Shown: positions 49,796 to 64,000 of the stretch, in pieces | Layout: each line of letters opens with the position of its first letter | Numbering within the stretch: position 1 is the first letter of the stretch | Source of the DNA: Vicugna vicugna | Taxonomy: Eukaryota | NCBI GenBank assembly: GCA_013265495.1 | Contig: MU058337.1 | Span: 5,064,716 to 5,128,715, forward strand | DNA length: 64,000 nucleotides | Direction: 5' to 3' | Program-made: the position numbers and the translations under genes | The notes under the pieces: model-generated | The model's input: only the letters and a program-made list of their open reading frames with translations | Database searches by the model: none | What the model was told of the DNA's origin: nothing

Positions 49796-52499
49796 TTAAG
49801 ATATTAATAACCATTAATGATTAACTATTAAGATAAGGAGGGCACATCACCTTAATCCAAACGGAGATGACCTCACCTGAGGCTGAACTGCATTTATTCC
49901 TTGTTTACCTCTCCCCTTACCAAGAGGTCCCAACACACTGGCACCTGTGCTCATGTGCCCACGTACATGTGTACATATACCTGCTCACGTGAAAATTACC
50001 CCACTGAAGTCAACACCTCCTCCGTTAAGACTGATCGTTGTCCCCTCCTCTAAGAAGCACTGTCTGCCACTTTCTCAGCCTCCATAAGCAGTCACCACTG
50101 AAGGCTTGATTAGGTGTCACTATGATGTTTAAGACAGAACCTTGGCAGTACTCTGGGCTGATACTGATTGATACTGAGTGATCTAAATAGATATGGATTG
50201 ATCTAACATGTGCTCCACAGTGTTAAAGTCTGTTTTATAATTTGTAATCTAAACTACTCATTTGTATATTGTATTCAGTGCTTATGCAAGTCATTAAAAC
50301 TTTACATCCTTACCTAAGACTCTACTCACTATATTTTTAATGTATACTCTCATTATCCTCTATTAAAAAATCACTACCCTAATTTCAAATCAAGATTTTT
50401 AAATATCAACACACACACACACTCACACATATACTAAAATACTAAGTGCCTTTTACTTTTAAAATTATGATTTAACTTATCTAAGTAATTATTATCAAAA
50501 CAATACATAATCATAAATCAATATAGGATTGATGTAAATAAAAATAAAATGCATATATATAATACAGGAAATGCCCCGAAAAACTCAGCTCCAGGGTCAA
50601 CTACTGTTAACATTGTAATGAATTTCCTTTTAGTCTTTCAAATACACCTATTTTTACATATGCGAGTAAACAAGGCATTATAATTTTATCTAAACTTGTA
50701 ACATAAATATTTTAGCTAGAAGCACTTTGAAAAGGATTCCTTTTAATTGAGATCATTTTTCCAGCAGCCCTTTTCATGACCTAAACTATGCTTGGACTTA
50801 ATCCCAAAGTATGATATTATATTTTTTAAAGAGCAGATACATCTAGTACCAGCCAAAACCTCTGCTGCACACATCTGAATTCCTTCTGCAGACAGAATTT
50901 CAAGTGTAAATTAATTTACTTAAAGCTTGACTAATTGGCTATTCACTCCCAGTGGACACAGAATGCTGATTTAGTCGCTGAGACCAGTAAGTAGGCCATC
51001 TCTGGGAGAAGAAATTCATCTTTCTACACTACTCTTTTGAAATTGCCAATGAACTCTCACAAATCAGCTTCTCGGTTGCATGTGCCACCCAAGGGAAAGA
51101 AGAGATGGAAGGGCCAGGGGAACTCTACTTTGCTCCCTTCGTTCAGGATGGGGCTCATGTAGGTCATTCAGCTGAGAACCATTTGTTCCCTGCTTTATAG
51201 TCTGCAGAGACAATCATTAATATTCAACCACGTGGACAGCATTCTAGGTCCTGGACAGAGCACAGAGGGAGAGTGTCTAAAACCTAAATCAAGCAGAGGA
51301 GTCTGTGAAGATTAATGGCCCCAAGGAAGAGACAGTTACCCTCCCATATGAATTCCAATTTCCACAGAATGAAAATTGATCTCAAAATATTTTGTAACTC
51401 TAAAGAGAACCACTACTATGCTTTGGGAAGGCATAGCTAATGTGTAAGGGGAGTCATATATAATAAAAAAAATCAAAATGAAAGAAAGGGGCCCAGAGTA
51501 ACACACAGAATGGGAATAAGAATGTATCATAAGATGCTTTTTTAAAAGCTTTTTAAAATATGTTATGGGCAGGTGTGGAGGAAGCGACTACATCTGCCCA
51601 TAACACCCTTGGTGTAATTTGTTTATAGACTTAGTATATGTGTTACATTAGACCTTTTACCAAGATCATATCAGATCAGCAGACAGGCAGCATATTTAAT
51701 AAAGGCTTAAAACAATGAATTAAATGAAATGTTAACAATAAATAATTTATTAAAAAACTAAATGGATTTTTATGCAACTTGAGTTAAAAACTGAAGGCAT
51801 ACTGGGCTAAGCCTAATTTTAAAGCTCACTGATTTAATACAACCTAAATGTAACAATTATATTCATATTCAAATTTTAAACCCAATGCACACTGTATTAA
51901 CTTCATTATGTTTAAGTCAAAGCCAAGGCACTTTCCTTTCTGCATCTGGGCTAGTTTTCCACCAGAGGAAATACTGGAAACATAGTCTAATCAATGTAAT
52001 CAACACTATTTGAGCAAAAGAGGTGCCTGAAAATATATCTAAGATGTAATGTATTGACCAAAACAAAAAAGTAAATAAGGAGGATGAGAAAATAGATTAT
52101 GTACACTTGGAGCTGCAAAAAAATGTTAGACTGCTCCCCAAAAACCTTTTCAATAAGAGTGTGGGTTAGTTATCCCCAAAGGAAGGAAAGTATTGCTACC
52201 TGTTGTAAACAAATTAAACTGTGAGTACATTTGAAAAGTAGGGTGTTACACTGGTGACCCTTCAATTCCGCTATGAATATACATCACATTCTCTGGACAT
52301 TAAGGCTTCCAATTTTATCTTAAGGGCACTGCCAATTGCCAATTGCAGCAATCCACGGGGAAAGGTATGGTCCCTGTGACCAGAACTGCTGGCAACCAGC
52401 CAGCTCATGTCCCACAACATGGCATATCAGTGGGAGGTTGTGCGCATCTGAGTTAACAATGGAGACGCAAAATTTAAAGGTAAAATAGTGGATTTTAAA

Positions 52500-52657
52500 A
52501 TTTAATTTAATTTAATTCAATTTTTAATTAAAGTATAGATGATTTACAATGTTGTGTTAGTTTCAGATATACAGCACAGTGATTCAGCTATACATACATA
52601 TATATATATATTCTTTTTCAGATTCTTTCCATTATGTCCATCAAGAGATGAATGAAT
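52500..52657 (-). mobile_element. Lineage-specific L1 3' end with probable 5' inversion
   Basis: taattaaagtatagatgatttacaatgttgtgttagtttcag...ccattat joined to atgtccatcaagagatgaatgaat, which resembles L1 in the opposite orientation. Confidence 0.8.
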
Positions 52658-54799
52658 GTTTGTTTAAATATAGAGAAAGAGATAAGATCAAGTGGTTAGT
52701 ATCATAGAAAGGGGTAAATTGGGTTTACAGCTAAAGAAATATTAAGCAGAGGAGAAAGAAACTTAACATCATCACCATTTCTTCCCTTACACACCACGAT
52801 GCTCTCAACTCAAGTTCTGTGGTTTCCCTGCATTACGAAAGCTTTAATTACATTTGTAGGACCAGGAAGAGAATTACAACAGGGATTTGCATTTTCTGAG
52901 GATAAATTATTAGTGCATTAATTTGACTAAATTTATCTTGTCTACCACCTCATTTTCACTACATTTAAATATGCATGTCTAACAACTGCTTTTTAAAATA
53001 TGTCCACTCCTCCCACATAAGGAAATAGAGATGACAAACCAAACACCTATTCTATGCCGTCAATCAAAGAGGTAATTTTGGCGTATCCATTTCCTCCTCA
53101 TGCATTCTTTGTGTTTCTCAATGATCACTTCCTAAACCTTCTCCCACTTTTTTTCCATCTAGCGGTTGATATATTTAAATATTTGTAACAAAACACTTAC
53201 AGGGAAACAGACATTCACGGAGATCTTCACTGTCTTCAGACAGTGAATTTGGATTTTTCACATATTGGTTTTAAACAAATGCCACAGGTAAGTAATTAAT
53301 AGTAACAGCATAAAATGTATTTCTTGCTTTTCAAAATGAAATAAGGGTCATGATAGATATAAAAATCACTCTAAATGCAAGTGGAGGGACTGGGTCAATG
53401 TCTAACCCAAATATTTAAGTATCTAATAACATCAAGTATAGAGGAAGAAGCTTTGTATCATCTCCTTATAAAACACATTTGCAAACCAGTTTGTTCCTTT
53501 TGAAAACAAACCTAATGTTTCTTCTTAGAGGAAAGAAAATAAGGCATATCTTCTAATGCTATTGGTATATGTTGGACAAAATGTAAAACCATGGCGTAGG
53601 GCATCAATTATATTTATCTTATTCAAAGACCTTTTGGGTATTTGAAGATTTGATGAGAAAATTAAGACCCAGTGGCTCCTTGAACTTGAGAGCAACGCAT
53701 TTTTAGGAAAACACTCAAATCTGTCTGTCTGTCTGTCTGTCTTTCTCATTCTCACTCTCACTGCTTCTCAGGCATCGTATATACTTCACTGGGCAGAGCA
53801 GACAAAGAAGCCTACACATTCCCGCACAGCATGTGATAAAAGTAGCTAGGGGAACACAGAGATCCAGGTAGCGTCTCATGAAAGATGACATGCGCAGAGC
53901 TCTAAAGTTAGCCGAAGTGGATGTTGGAGAGGATAGGAGTCTGACCTTTTCCTAAAGGTTTAATATATTTTAAGCTGGAAAATGAGAACATCAGACTTGG
54001 ATTTGGGGAAGATTACCTTCACAGAGCACTATGGAGAAAAACTTAAAGTGCACAAGACACATAATAGAGCAAGTGAGAGGTTCTTAGGGCAATGAGAGGT
54101 GATGATCTGGGCGAGGGTTACAACAGAGATGAGCAGAGCATCTGACATTTCTTCGTTTTACTGAAAAGGAGAATATCTAAAGACATATACAATTCTATAA
54201 GAAACACTGTCATCCATATGGCCAATATCTGAAAATAATTTTAAAAATCTACTTCTAATTCAAAAGACAACCTAGCCACTCATGCTTTCATTCTTTTTCA
54301 ATCATTTATTTAGGGACCCTACTCACCTCAGTCTTACACTCTAATTGAGAAAGACAGAAATACATGAGTAAAAAGGTAAATATTTAATATAAATTCTCAT
54401 GTAAACAAGCCAGCAATACAAGTTGCTGATTTCAGGACTTTATTTCATACTTCTTCCCCATAAATAATATGAAGACATATCCCTTGGGTTTTGAATGATT
54501 TCTTGGTTCTCAACAATTGTCTCATTTCAGAGTTCAGCATAAAAAAATGAATCAGGGAAACAGATGTGTTTTCACATTTGAATTTCAATAAAAATTAAAA
54601 ACCTGTGAAACAAAAGTGAACAGATGTTTGAAACCAACAAGATTCTAAAACTAAAATGATCCATTTCTTGATTCATATGTATACTCCTCTTTATTAAGAG
54701 GAGAAATGCGTTAATCATAATTTCAATTATGGTTCTTCTTTTCAATCTTTAAAATCTTAGGATCTTATGTAGGTGTCTCATATTTGTAGTATATTAATT

Positions 54800-56400
54800 T
54801 TAAAGTAATTATAATACAGATACAGGAAAGTGCTCAATCATGAGCATATGACTCAGTGAATTTTCCTAAAGTGTTCCTAAAGTGAGCAGAGCCATGTAAC
54901 TAAATGAGGACATATAACATTACCTACACCTTCAGATGTTCCTTTTCTGCCCCCTCAGCAGCCCCCCAAAATCACTGCTAATCTAGCTTCTATTACAACT
55001 ATGCTAGATCCATTTTTGAAACAATTAATGTGAACAGAATCACACAGACTATACCCTTTTGTGTCTAATATTGTTTCCGGGATAAAGTTATAAAGCTGAT
55101 TTTTTCTTTCTTGTTTTCTAGAAACTCTCCAAATTCATTTAATATTTTTCATGGTTGGCCTGAAATTCTTTTGAATATCTAGATTAATAGATATCCATGT
55201 CATTGGTGAATAATGGTTGTTTTATTCCTTTTTTATTCTCTACCTCTTTTAATAATTTTCCTGCCTTTACACACTAAATTCACCAAAACAAAGTTAAATG
55301 GAAGTGGGACTGTCAGGCATCCTTGTCTTGTTTCAAATCTCAGGGAAAAAGCTTTCAACATTTCACCATTAAATATATTATTTATTTTTTTGACTATCTT
55401 CTGTTATACCCAATCTGCTCTTAAATCCACTATTTGAGCTCTCAGTATTGGCAATTGTATTCTTTTGTTGATTCTAAATATATGTTGAAATTGTACATCT
55501 TTCTATGTCTTTTCTTAAACATAGATCATATATAGCTGATATTCCAGTAGCATCTATGGGTCTGTTTCTAGTGTCTGTATTTCAGTGGTCCTCATTGGTC
55601 ATTGTTTGTTTGTTTGTTTGCTTTGACATATTCTTATTCAATGCAGGACACTGAAGAAGCTCTCGTGTAATATTTCTCCTGAGATAATTTCTCTTATTTT
55701 CTAGCAGGCATCAAAACGAGAGGCAGAGCTCCCCAGTCCAATAAGGGACTGAGCTGAGCTGATTACGCTGCAGCCTTTGCTGGGTTTGGTATCTCTCTAA
55801 TTTACCAAAGTTTCTGTAGACTTCTATGACCCATGCTCTCAGCGGGTCCTGAAATTCAGTATTTGTTTCCCGAGCACCACCTGACTCCCTGGCGTTCTAC
55901 TCAGCTTGTGAGTCACTCTCTTCTTGGCTTCTTATTCTCTGATCTTTCACTGCTGATGAGTTGGCAAATGCCTTGGAGAGAAAGCCAGGGTGGAGTGTTT
56001 GGCTCACTTTTCTGCACCTCCCGTATCTCCAAGATCATGACCTTCAAGTCCTGGCAGTCTTGGCAGCTTCAACCTTCTATATTTTGTCTCCATCCCTTTA
56101 GGATTCCAGAAAGCTCTAATGACCTTTCTTCTTATAGGTAACGCCTCTTCTGACTTCTCACCCTCCTTCCCAGCACAAGGTAAAAATCATCAAATGACTT
56201 CAGGGGAAAGCACTGTACAGAATAGCAGGTTCACACCTAAATTCTCTTCTCTGTGAGATCTTGGCTTCTCAAGCCCTGGCTGTCTCAACAGCATTCCAAT
56301 TCCTACAAATAGATTTTTTTTTTGTATTGATGCAGCTTTTCTTATTGTCTTTGGCTGCTGCATTGGTCTATTAAAACTATTTAATCATAGTGAGAAACAG
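54800..56400 (-). mobile_element. Old fragmented L1 (L1M-type) pieces including an ORF2 RT remnant
   Basis: The minus strand of ~55285-55378 reads about IFNGEMLKAFSLRFETRQGCLTVPLPFNFV, compared with L1 ORF2 [30 protein letters not shown]. Flanks resemble L1 3' and 5' regions. Confidence 0.7.
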
Positions 56401-58189
56401 AAGAATTGATTCATATTTAAAAGGTGTTTATCATGAATTTTTGCCACACAAAATTTTATATTTCATTACAAAGGAAAACAAATGTTATTTTTTTCATCAC
56501 AGAGGATTTTGAAAATGGAAAATATTAATTTAGGTAACTACTTCTGACACTACTGAATCACCTGCTTGACATCAATTGATTTATATAATTTTGGCAAACA
56601 GAGGTCTAAAAACGACTCTCATAGTCATGTGGTGCTTTTTATCTCATCTGTCCTGGAAACCACTTTGTACTAGTTCAGTGAATGATAAACACCATGTTAA
56701 CCAAGACATTTTATCCTATTTTAATGACTGACTGAAAACAAATTTGGAAAATAAAAAAATAATAATTTGATGTCCATTACTCAGTGTTTATCAGTTTTAC
56801 ATTTCAGGACTATTTGTTTCTGTTCTTTCTTTCAAACCAATTATATACGATTTATACTCTCAAACGTGAGGATATACTTTGAATCATGCCTATTTTACTT
56901 ACTATATTACAATCATTGTCCATGTCTTTCATTTATCCTTTGAAAACTTTTTTTGATGCAGATCTTCATTCTATTGCATTTAACTATTTATTCTTATATT
57001 TAAGTTATCTTCCTTTTTTTCCACTATTGTAATAAAATCTCAAAGACTATCTTTATATATGGAAATCTTTGCATTTTGGGGATTTTTGTTTAGGTAAATT
57101 CTTTGAAATAAACCTATTGGGTCAGGGCTGTAAATTTTTAAGGCTCTTATAACTTACGTTGGCAAATTACCTTTAAGAAACTTTAAGCCACAGACTGTTC
57201 GTCATAGTGAATCCTCATCTCAACACTGAATAGCATAAGAAAAATTTTTTCGAATTTACATATAAACAAGTTTAAATTTGCATTTCAAGGGAAATTTTAT
57301 ATAAACATTTTTCATTATTTTTTCCCTTGAGTAAGTTGTTTAAGTCCTTCAACCATTCTTCTTTGTGTAATTTTGTATTTTCCATATAATACTTAGGCTT
57401 TTTCATATTAAAAATGATTTTTTTTTCCTGCTGAACTCCATCCAGGGAAAGTAATTACACCTGTTACCAGAACAGTGCTTCACTCTTTGAGAACTCAGTG
57501 GAGTGGCAGAAGACATGCTAAGTTGGTGATGTACAACGAAAGGCAAGATATTTTCCTGACAATTGTGGGTGTAAGGAAATCGAGAGTTAAAGCCAATGGA
57601 AACACATCAATCTAATGGAGAGTTGCGGTTAGTATCTGTAGTTCTGTTCCTCCCACTGAGCACACATTCATTGGCATTAATCATCATTAGCTGCTTTCAT
57701 TAGGCAGAGAACAGCATTATATTGTCCCTGCACCAGAATTAGAGACTGCTTCTTGAGTCAGGTGGAAGAGAAGTTTAGTTGGAGGAAGAGACAAAATTCT
57801 AATATTAAAAGCTAAATACTAGGCCTTCCTCCCATTTAATTTCCAAAAAAGTGAAAAGAAATGATTCCAGCCAATAAAAGACAAAAAAATGAAAAACTCT
57901 TATAAGACACACTTATGGAAAGTCAATGTCCTTAGGCACATGTCAGAAAAGGCCATGTGCCCCCGCTGCATGAGGCGGTCTCAGGGTCTGAGTCTTGAGG
58001 TGGCCGTGCTACAACCCATCCCTGGGCTTTCTGCCTTCTTCTCGAAGGATCTGTGTCCAGAATCTCTGACTCACTCGCATGGCTACTGCCAGGCTCAAAC
58101 CAGATAAGGTTCTAGCAAAACACCTGCCAAATATGTATTAAGATATTACTATAATTAATTTTCAGGAAAGAGAGAAATGTGACAGGATG

Positions 58190-58712
58190 CTAGCGGTCTA
58201 CACAGTATAATGGTCCCTTCAATTTTTAATGACAAAACTACTTTATTCCTGTTTGCAATGTGTCTGAACAGAAAGCTCTATTCCAAGGCTCCCTCGTGGC
58301 TAGGCGTGACAAGCACCCTGTCTAAAAAGACACAAGCCAACGATACAGAGAAGAATGAGATACAGAGACCACTGGGGGGGCTCCTGAGAAAACGCCTTTA
58401 AAGAACTGAAGTTGGCAAGTCACATTTTTTGCCCTTGGCATTTCAACTTCATCCTTCCTGAGACACAGGCATGATGTCTGGAGTCTCAACAGATACCCTG
58501 AAAGTGTGAGGGCAGAGGTGGTCCCACCCTAAGAACCACAAAACCAAAGCACACCTCGGCCCCCGTAACACTGTAGAGCTGCATACCGCCCCTACACCGC
58601 CTACGCTCAGATTCCTTTAACAGGAGACCTCCCCCCACATTTGTTGAAGTGACCCTTTGATTGGGAGGAGGGGTGTCTGCTAATCAGAGCCAAAAGTTAC
58701 TCCTGACTGATG
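58190..58712 (+). mobile_element. MLT1-type (MaLR) LTR, degenerate
   Basis: catgatgtctggag...ctgtagagctgc...ctgctaatcagagccaaaag...tcctgactgat. Confidence 0.5.
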
Positions 58713-61077
58713 TGATTCTCTGAATACCCATTCAGCTACCTCATCTCTGTTTTCCTCGGCCGCTTCTCCATTTTGGTTCTGTTTTTGTTCCCCCTGGTAC
58801 CCTTTTCTCTGCAATTGACTCAGTATTTCCTCCCAGAACCTGGTGCTTAACATGTCACATGACTTAGAAGTCCTTCTTACTCATAAAGTCTCATTTTCAT
58901 CAGGTGTTTCACATCGATGAATTTATTCCTTTGTTTGTCAACTTCTTATTTGCATAAATGAGTAAATACTTAATCCTCATTTGAAAAAGAGTTACCACAT
59001 TTTTATTAAACACAAAAGCAGAGACATGGTTAGTTCAGAAATGGAAAAAAAAAAAACCCAACAAATTGGTGTTATAATCAGGAAGATATTCCAGAAGCTG
59101 TGAGTGACTTTTATAAACCTTTTATAAAACTATAAACTATAAGATTGTGCCTTTTATAAACTATAAGATTGTGTTTACCCACTACTATCAATTTACATAC
59201 AAAGAAGCCTTTGATTTCTAAGTAACTGCTGAATCCCTAAAAGAGAAACTTAAATCTTTATCTGGCAGATTTTATTTCAAATTTCTTTTACTGCGTGGGC
59301 TTGGTGAATTTTATTTTTCTTGATATAATCTCATTGTAGATGCAAAGTCCTTAGAAATCTGAGGATCTCCTACTTGGTACCATTGGTCGTCCATCAGTAA
59401 CTATCTATCTGTATATATCGCAGTCATTTGCTAATATCATTACCTGCAGTAAGTATTAGACACTACTTCTAATATTTTATCCGGGGGTGTCCTCTCCGTG
59501 GATACCATTCAGCCTCCAAATGTAATGAAAAGAACAGAAATAAACCTAGCCATCTTCCTCCAGTTTATACATAAAACTCCATTGTTTTTGCACTCTGGTG
59601 GAGAAAGGACAAATTCACATATCTTCACTGACCAAGCCTGGACACTGAGTGAAGGCATGGAGTAAATGTTTTCTTCTCTTGCCTGTACCAAACAAGTGTG
59701 AGGACGGCTGGCAGCTACTAAGGTTCAGATGAAGGAGCAAAAAGGAGAAGCAGGCCTCGGAGGAAGGCACCGGCCGTTTGCACAGTCACACTCTGCTGAG
59801 TGCACGTGACCAGTCACGGGTCTAGACAATGCGGCCAGATCTGCTTTTTCAAGAGCTTCCAGAAACCTGGATGTTGATCCTAATGTTGAAATGGAGCTAA
59901 CACGGTGCGGGCCAGCATGGAGGGTGACTAGCTACAGCCCCAAGAAGAGGAGAAAACATTTTGCTATTTACTAAGAAGTTACAATGCTTCTCACTGCAAA
60001 CCCAGAAGTAACACATAATCCCGGAGTGACAGCTGCAGTATCACCCCTGGCCCACGCCTCTAGCCCCAGACAGAGAGGAGCACAGCCCCCACGGACCCTT
60101 CACCAGATCCTGAAGGCACGCGAGGCCGGTGGAGTCCAAAGCCCAGGGGACAGCTGAGGCCCCGGGGCGCAGCGCTCCTCTGCAGACCTGGCGGAGCCAT
60201 GGGGTTTGCCCGGCTCCTGCCACGCACAATCCCCCCCGCCCTGCAAGAGCCCACCTCCCTGGGATTTTCACAGTATTTGAATTACTTATTCATATTATTG
60301 ACACTTTATGTTTCTCAGTTTGGGTTCATTTTTCTTATATTTGTTCTGCCAGTTTTATTCTTACATACTTAGTGTAGACATTACATTTTTTTATTTTATT
60401 TAATTATTCATTTATCATAATTTGTAATCTTGTCCTTTTAAAATTTTGTCAAGTTTTGCTTAATTACAAACTGAGTATTTATTTTATAAATATGTATTTT
60501 TTCCATTTTGTTTTGATTTATAAACTATTTTAACACGGAAAACAGAGACGTGGCTTCTATTGCTCTTTGTAGTTTTATTTTAGCCAATTGTTTTACATGT
60601 ATTCGCTTTAAAATATACAATATAATATACAATTATATAATTATGTATAGTATATGATATAATATGAAAACAGAAATACAGAAAAGCAAAAGAAATGGCC
60701 CAGTGTGAAAGGTTAACCATTACCCTAAGAGAAGAACTGAATATTTTTTCTTTATAGTTTTTTTTAACTATACGCTCTCAGAAAACAAACGGCTCTTTGC
60801 AAAACTCTTAAGTACCTAACTGAATTATAAAAGCAGGCTGTGTTCCCACATTGAAAGTGACCCAATTTACTGAGGACTGTATCACACACAGTCCAGGGTT
60901 ATTATTTTATACAGCTATTGGTCACTGGATTATTGAACAGCCTGTAGAAATACACAGATCTGTACATTTTAGGATGAAAAGAAGGAAATAAATGGGAAGA
61001 GAGAATTTATTATTAACAAAGTATAGTTCTAAATGTTTTGTAATATTATTTAATTAAATCTTTATAACACTGCACAT

Positions 61078-61249
61078 CAAGGACAGGCTGCATAATTTGC
61101 AGGCTCCAAAGCAAAATTAAGTGCAAGGCCCATTGTTCAAAACGTATTAAGAATTTCAGGACAGTGGTAGCGGAGCATTAAACCAATCTCAGCCCTTCTG
61201 AGTGTGGGGAAGAGGGTGCCTACACAGACCACAGGCCACGAATACCCTG
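61078..61249. mobile_element. MER45A-like hAT-Tip100 MITE
   Basis: gctgcataatttgcagg...gcaaaattaa...cccattgttcaaaa...ttaagaatttcaggacag...gagcattaaaccaa...ccctg. Confidence 0.8.
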
Positions 61250-64000
61250 TACCAAGAATTTGGAGGGAATGAAAGCAGAAATTATTCTCACTGGTGACTT
61301 AGAATCACAGGTGAGAAAATGAAGCCCTAGACTTTAAACATGGTAACAGAATGGAAAAATACACATAAAGTTATGAAGGAGTTCTGTGCAGAATTGAGAA
61401 TAAAAACCAGAATTACATAAATAGATGATGGAACAAACTGAAGAGGTTTTAGGAAGCATCTACTTTAACTGCTTTATTATGCATACAAAAAGGAAATGAG
61501 AAGAAATACATTTATATTCTTTTTATGAATGTAGATGTATACGTGTATATATACACACGGAGAGAGCGCCACCCTATTCATGAACTGGCTGCCAGGTTAT
61601 TATTGAACCAATTCACTTACTCAACAACCAGCATTTGACATCCACCACGTACCCAGGCATACACCAGCCATCACGATCCTCTTACTCTGTGTCAGACAGT
61701 ACAGAACTCATGAGATGAAGATATGGCAAGTTCCTGCCTGCCTTCAGCATGCTTGCAGTCTAGTTGAGATTTATAAAAACAACACAAAAGAATAACACTC
61801 AGAAAACAGACATGAGAAGATGTACTGACTGACATAAAGGTCGATGGTGAAGTCCTACAGTGATGATCCCAAAACCTTTAGTCATAGATGCCAGGTGTGA
61901 AAAGTACTTGGTAGCAATACGTACACTCCTAGTAAATAAACTTAGCAATGCAGTTTTCCTTCATTCAGAGAGCGTGCCCTCTTTTGTCATTTCTGTTCTA
62001 ATGGGTAAAGCAGACTTCAAGAAGTAAACAAAAATAGGATTTCAGGTACTAAAAGCGCTATGAAAAAGTACATATCAGGGTAAGGAATGAACAGGGAGAG
62101 GGCTTAGACTGATGAAAACCGGATGGAGTGGACCAGGATGTTACATTCTTCTCCTAATGGAGAAACAATTTTTCTACCATACAGACTCCCAAATGTTTTT
62201 TCTCAACCTTAATCTTAGAACACGTACATGTAAGTAAATCAGAAGTGTTATCACAAACCATTAGATCTCACATTTTATACTTTCAATTATGACCAGTAAT
62301 AAATGTAATGCTTAAACCCTGAATGCTTTGTTCCCCGAGATAAGAACTTTCTCATAAAGCAAGAGGGGTTCTTTTCATGGGGTTCTTGCCTTTCTGAAAG
62401 TTGATTCAAAAATTAGTGTGTAAAGTTCCTGCTTTGAAGTATAATCATTTTACTTGTGAATATGAGTAGGGAAGATTATAAGCTGTCAAGAATTTCCAGA
62501 GCTTCTGCCCGTGACAGAATGAAGGGTCCAACATGCTGTATTTAAAACCCAGCTGAATGGATAAAAATAGTATTTAACGTTCATCGTCATTATGAGCTGA
62601 AGCAATGTATTGAACCCTTCAATCAAGAAAGGAGACAAAAGACAGGAAATGGGTGAATGACTCATTTCTCCATGTGTTGTCTACATAGTGCTGTTCTGAT
62701 AATTGGATGATCTGAAGTTTAAATGAAACGCGTTAATGCATTTTAGAGAGGAGGCAACCACAAAATATTTCAAAAACAAAAACAGAATGTGGTAAAAAGC
62801 TGACAGAATCCCATGGAATGATGTAATTAGAAATGCACAAAGATGGTGGACGCATAAAGACAACTTAAATAAAATTAAAAATAAAAAGCCAGGAAGGAGA
62901 GCCTGCCTTATACCTACAAACCCAAATTGAAATCTTGTATCTATTCACCATTCTAAAACTGTTTGTTTTAGAATGAATATTAAATGTCAGTATTTAATTT
63001 CTTTTAAAATATATTTGAAGGAACAGCCATTTCAGGAATATCTGTAGGCTGTACTTTAAATAATTGACTTGATCATATTTCCCATGAAGTAACTGGAAGA
63101 TGACTCACCCAAACCCTAGTGACGATGAAATATGTGTATTTTTGCTTCTTGTGAAACATTCATCAGTACCTTCACATACCACTTGTTCAAGCAGTTTCAT
63201 CCCATGAATCTCAGAACAAAAGAAAATTCTGCCTCAAAAGACATCAGCCATGAGTTGACAATATATTTTCAACTCACATTTTCACTCTATAAGATGTCTG
63301 AAATATTTTTTAAAGTTTTTTCTTCATTTCCAGATAAGGTGTTTAAAACACTATATTTATGTTCCTATCTTCTAAATGTAAACAGCTCTTTTAAGTCTTG
63401 ATTTCAGATAGAAAGGGTTGAGCTTTCGATGTGGGCTCCTAACAGTGGGTTCCCAGCTGAGAGACGGGCGCTTGGCCCTCGGAGAGAAAACCAGACGCTG
63501 TAAGCCAGATCATCCACTTTCATGTAGCATTGTGTTCACTTCTCTTTTCTTTTTTTCTAGTCAGGCACTTTTGAATAATGTTGCAAAACTTATTAATAAA
63601 TGCAAACAGTTAAGTAAAACATGCAATACTATGAATGTTTATTACTGGAAGACAAAGTTACTTTTTTACTCCGAAAGAAATTACTGTGAAAGATTTTCAG
63701 TTCTCTCTCATTTTTGCATTCCATAATTATGTGACATGAATGCAGTGGCTGATCTTTTTTTTTTTTTTTTTTTGAGTAAGAAAATAAACAGATACTGAAA
63801 GCCAAATGCTAGTTCATTTTGTCCTCAGCTCACGCTAAGACAAGACACCATGTTCTCCTCTCTTTGTTCTTCAGATGCTGTCCCTTAAGGACAGAAGCAA
63901 CTTATAATATACACACTATGAAGCAAGTGCAGATATGATGTTTTGACTTTTACATGGCATTAAGTTACATTTCATTCCTACCAAATTGTCTATAAAATAA

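Noticed and set aside
1..64000. CRISPR arrays, operons, tRNA/rRNA/snRNA genes, processed pseudogenes or foreign inserts
   Set aside because: None recognised by eye. Small ncRNAs cannot be excluded without an Infernal/Rfam search.

Overview
Mammalian genomic DNA, not prokaryotic. The lineage-specific L1 3' ends look cetartiodactyl-type, and I saw no Alu, B1, Bov-A, PRE1 or CAN SINEs, so a camelid or relative is a tentative guess. The window is the tail-to-tail junction of two genes. On the + strand are the last two coding exons of FGF14 (9235-9433 and 11703-11839) and its 3'UTR. On the - strand are the last four coding exons of ITGBL1 (40815-40699, 27151-27005, 20231-20118, 19075-18984) and its 3'UTR. 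The rest is intron carrying old MIR, L2, L1, DNA-transposon and LTR relics. Nearly all ORFs in the supplied track are spurious. I found no new protein-coding system. The most interesting signals are RNA-processing ones: (i) a well-formed distal + strand poly(A) site about 12 kb past the FGF14 stop, which would make a giant 3'UTR antisense to ITGBL1's last two exons; (ii) two apparently bidirectional poly(A) elements between the genes; (iii) an ITGBL1 exon starting CAG|GTAAGT, a recursive-splice-site motif at the end of a very long intron. Exon numbers and repeat family names are from memory, and repeat boundaries are approximate.
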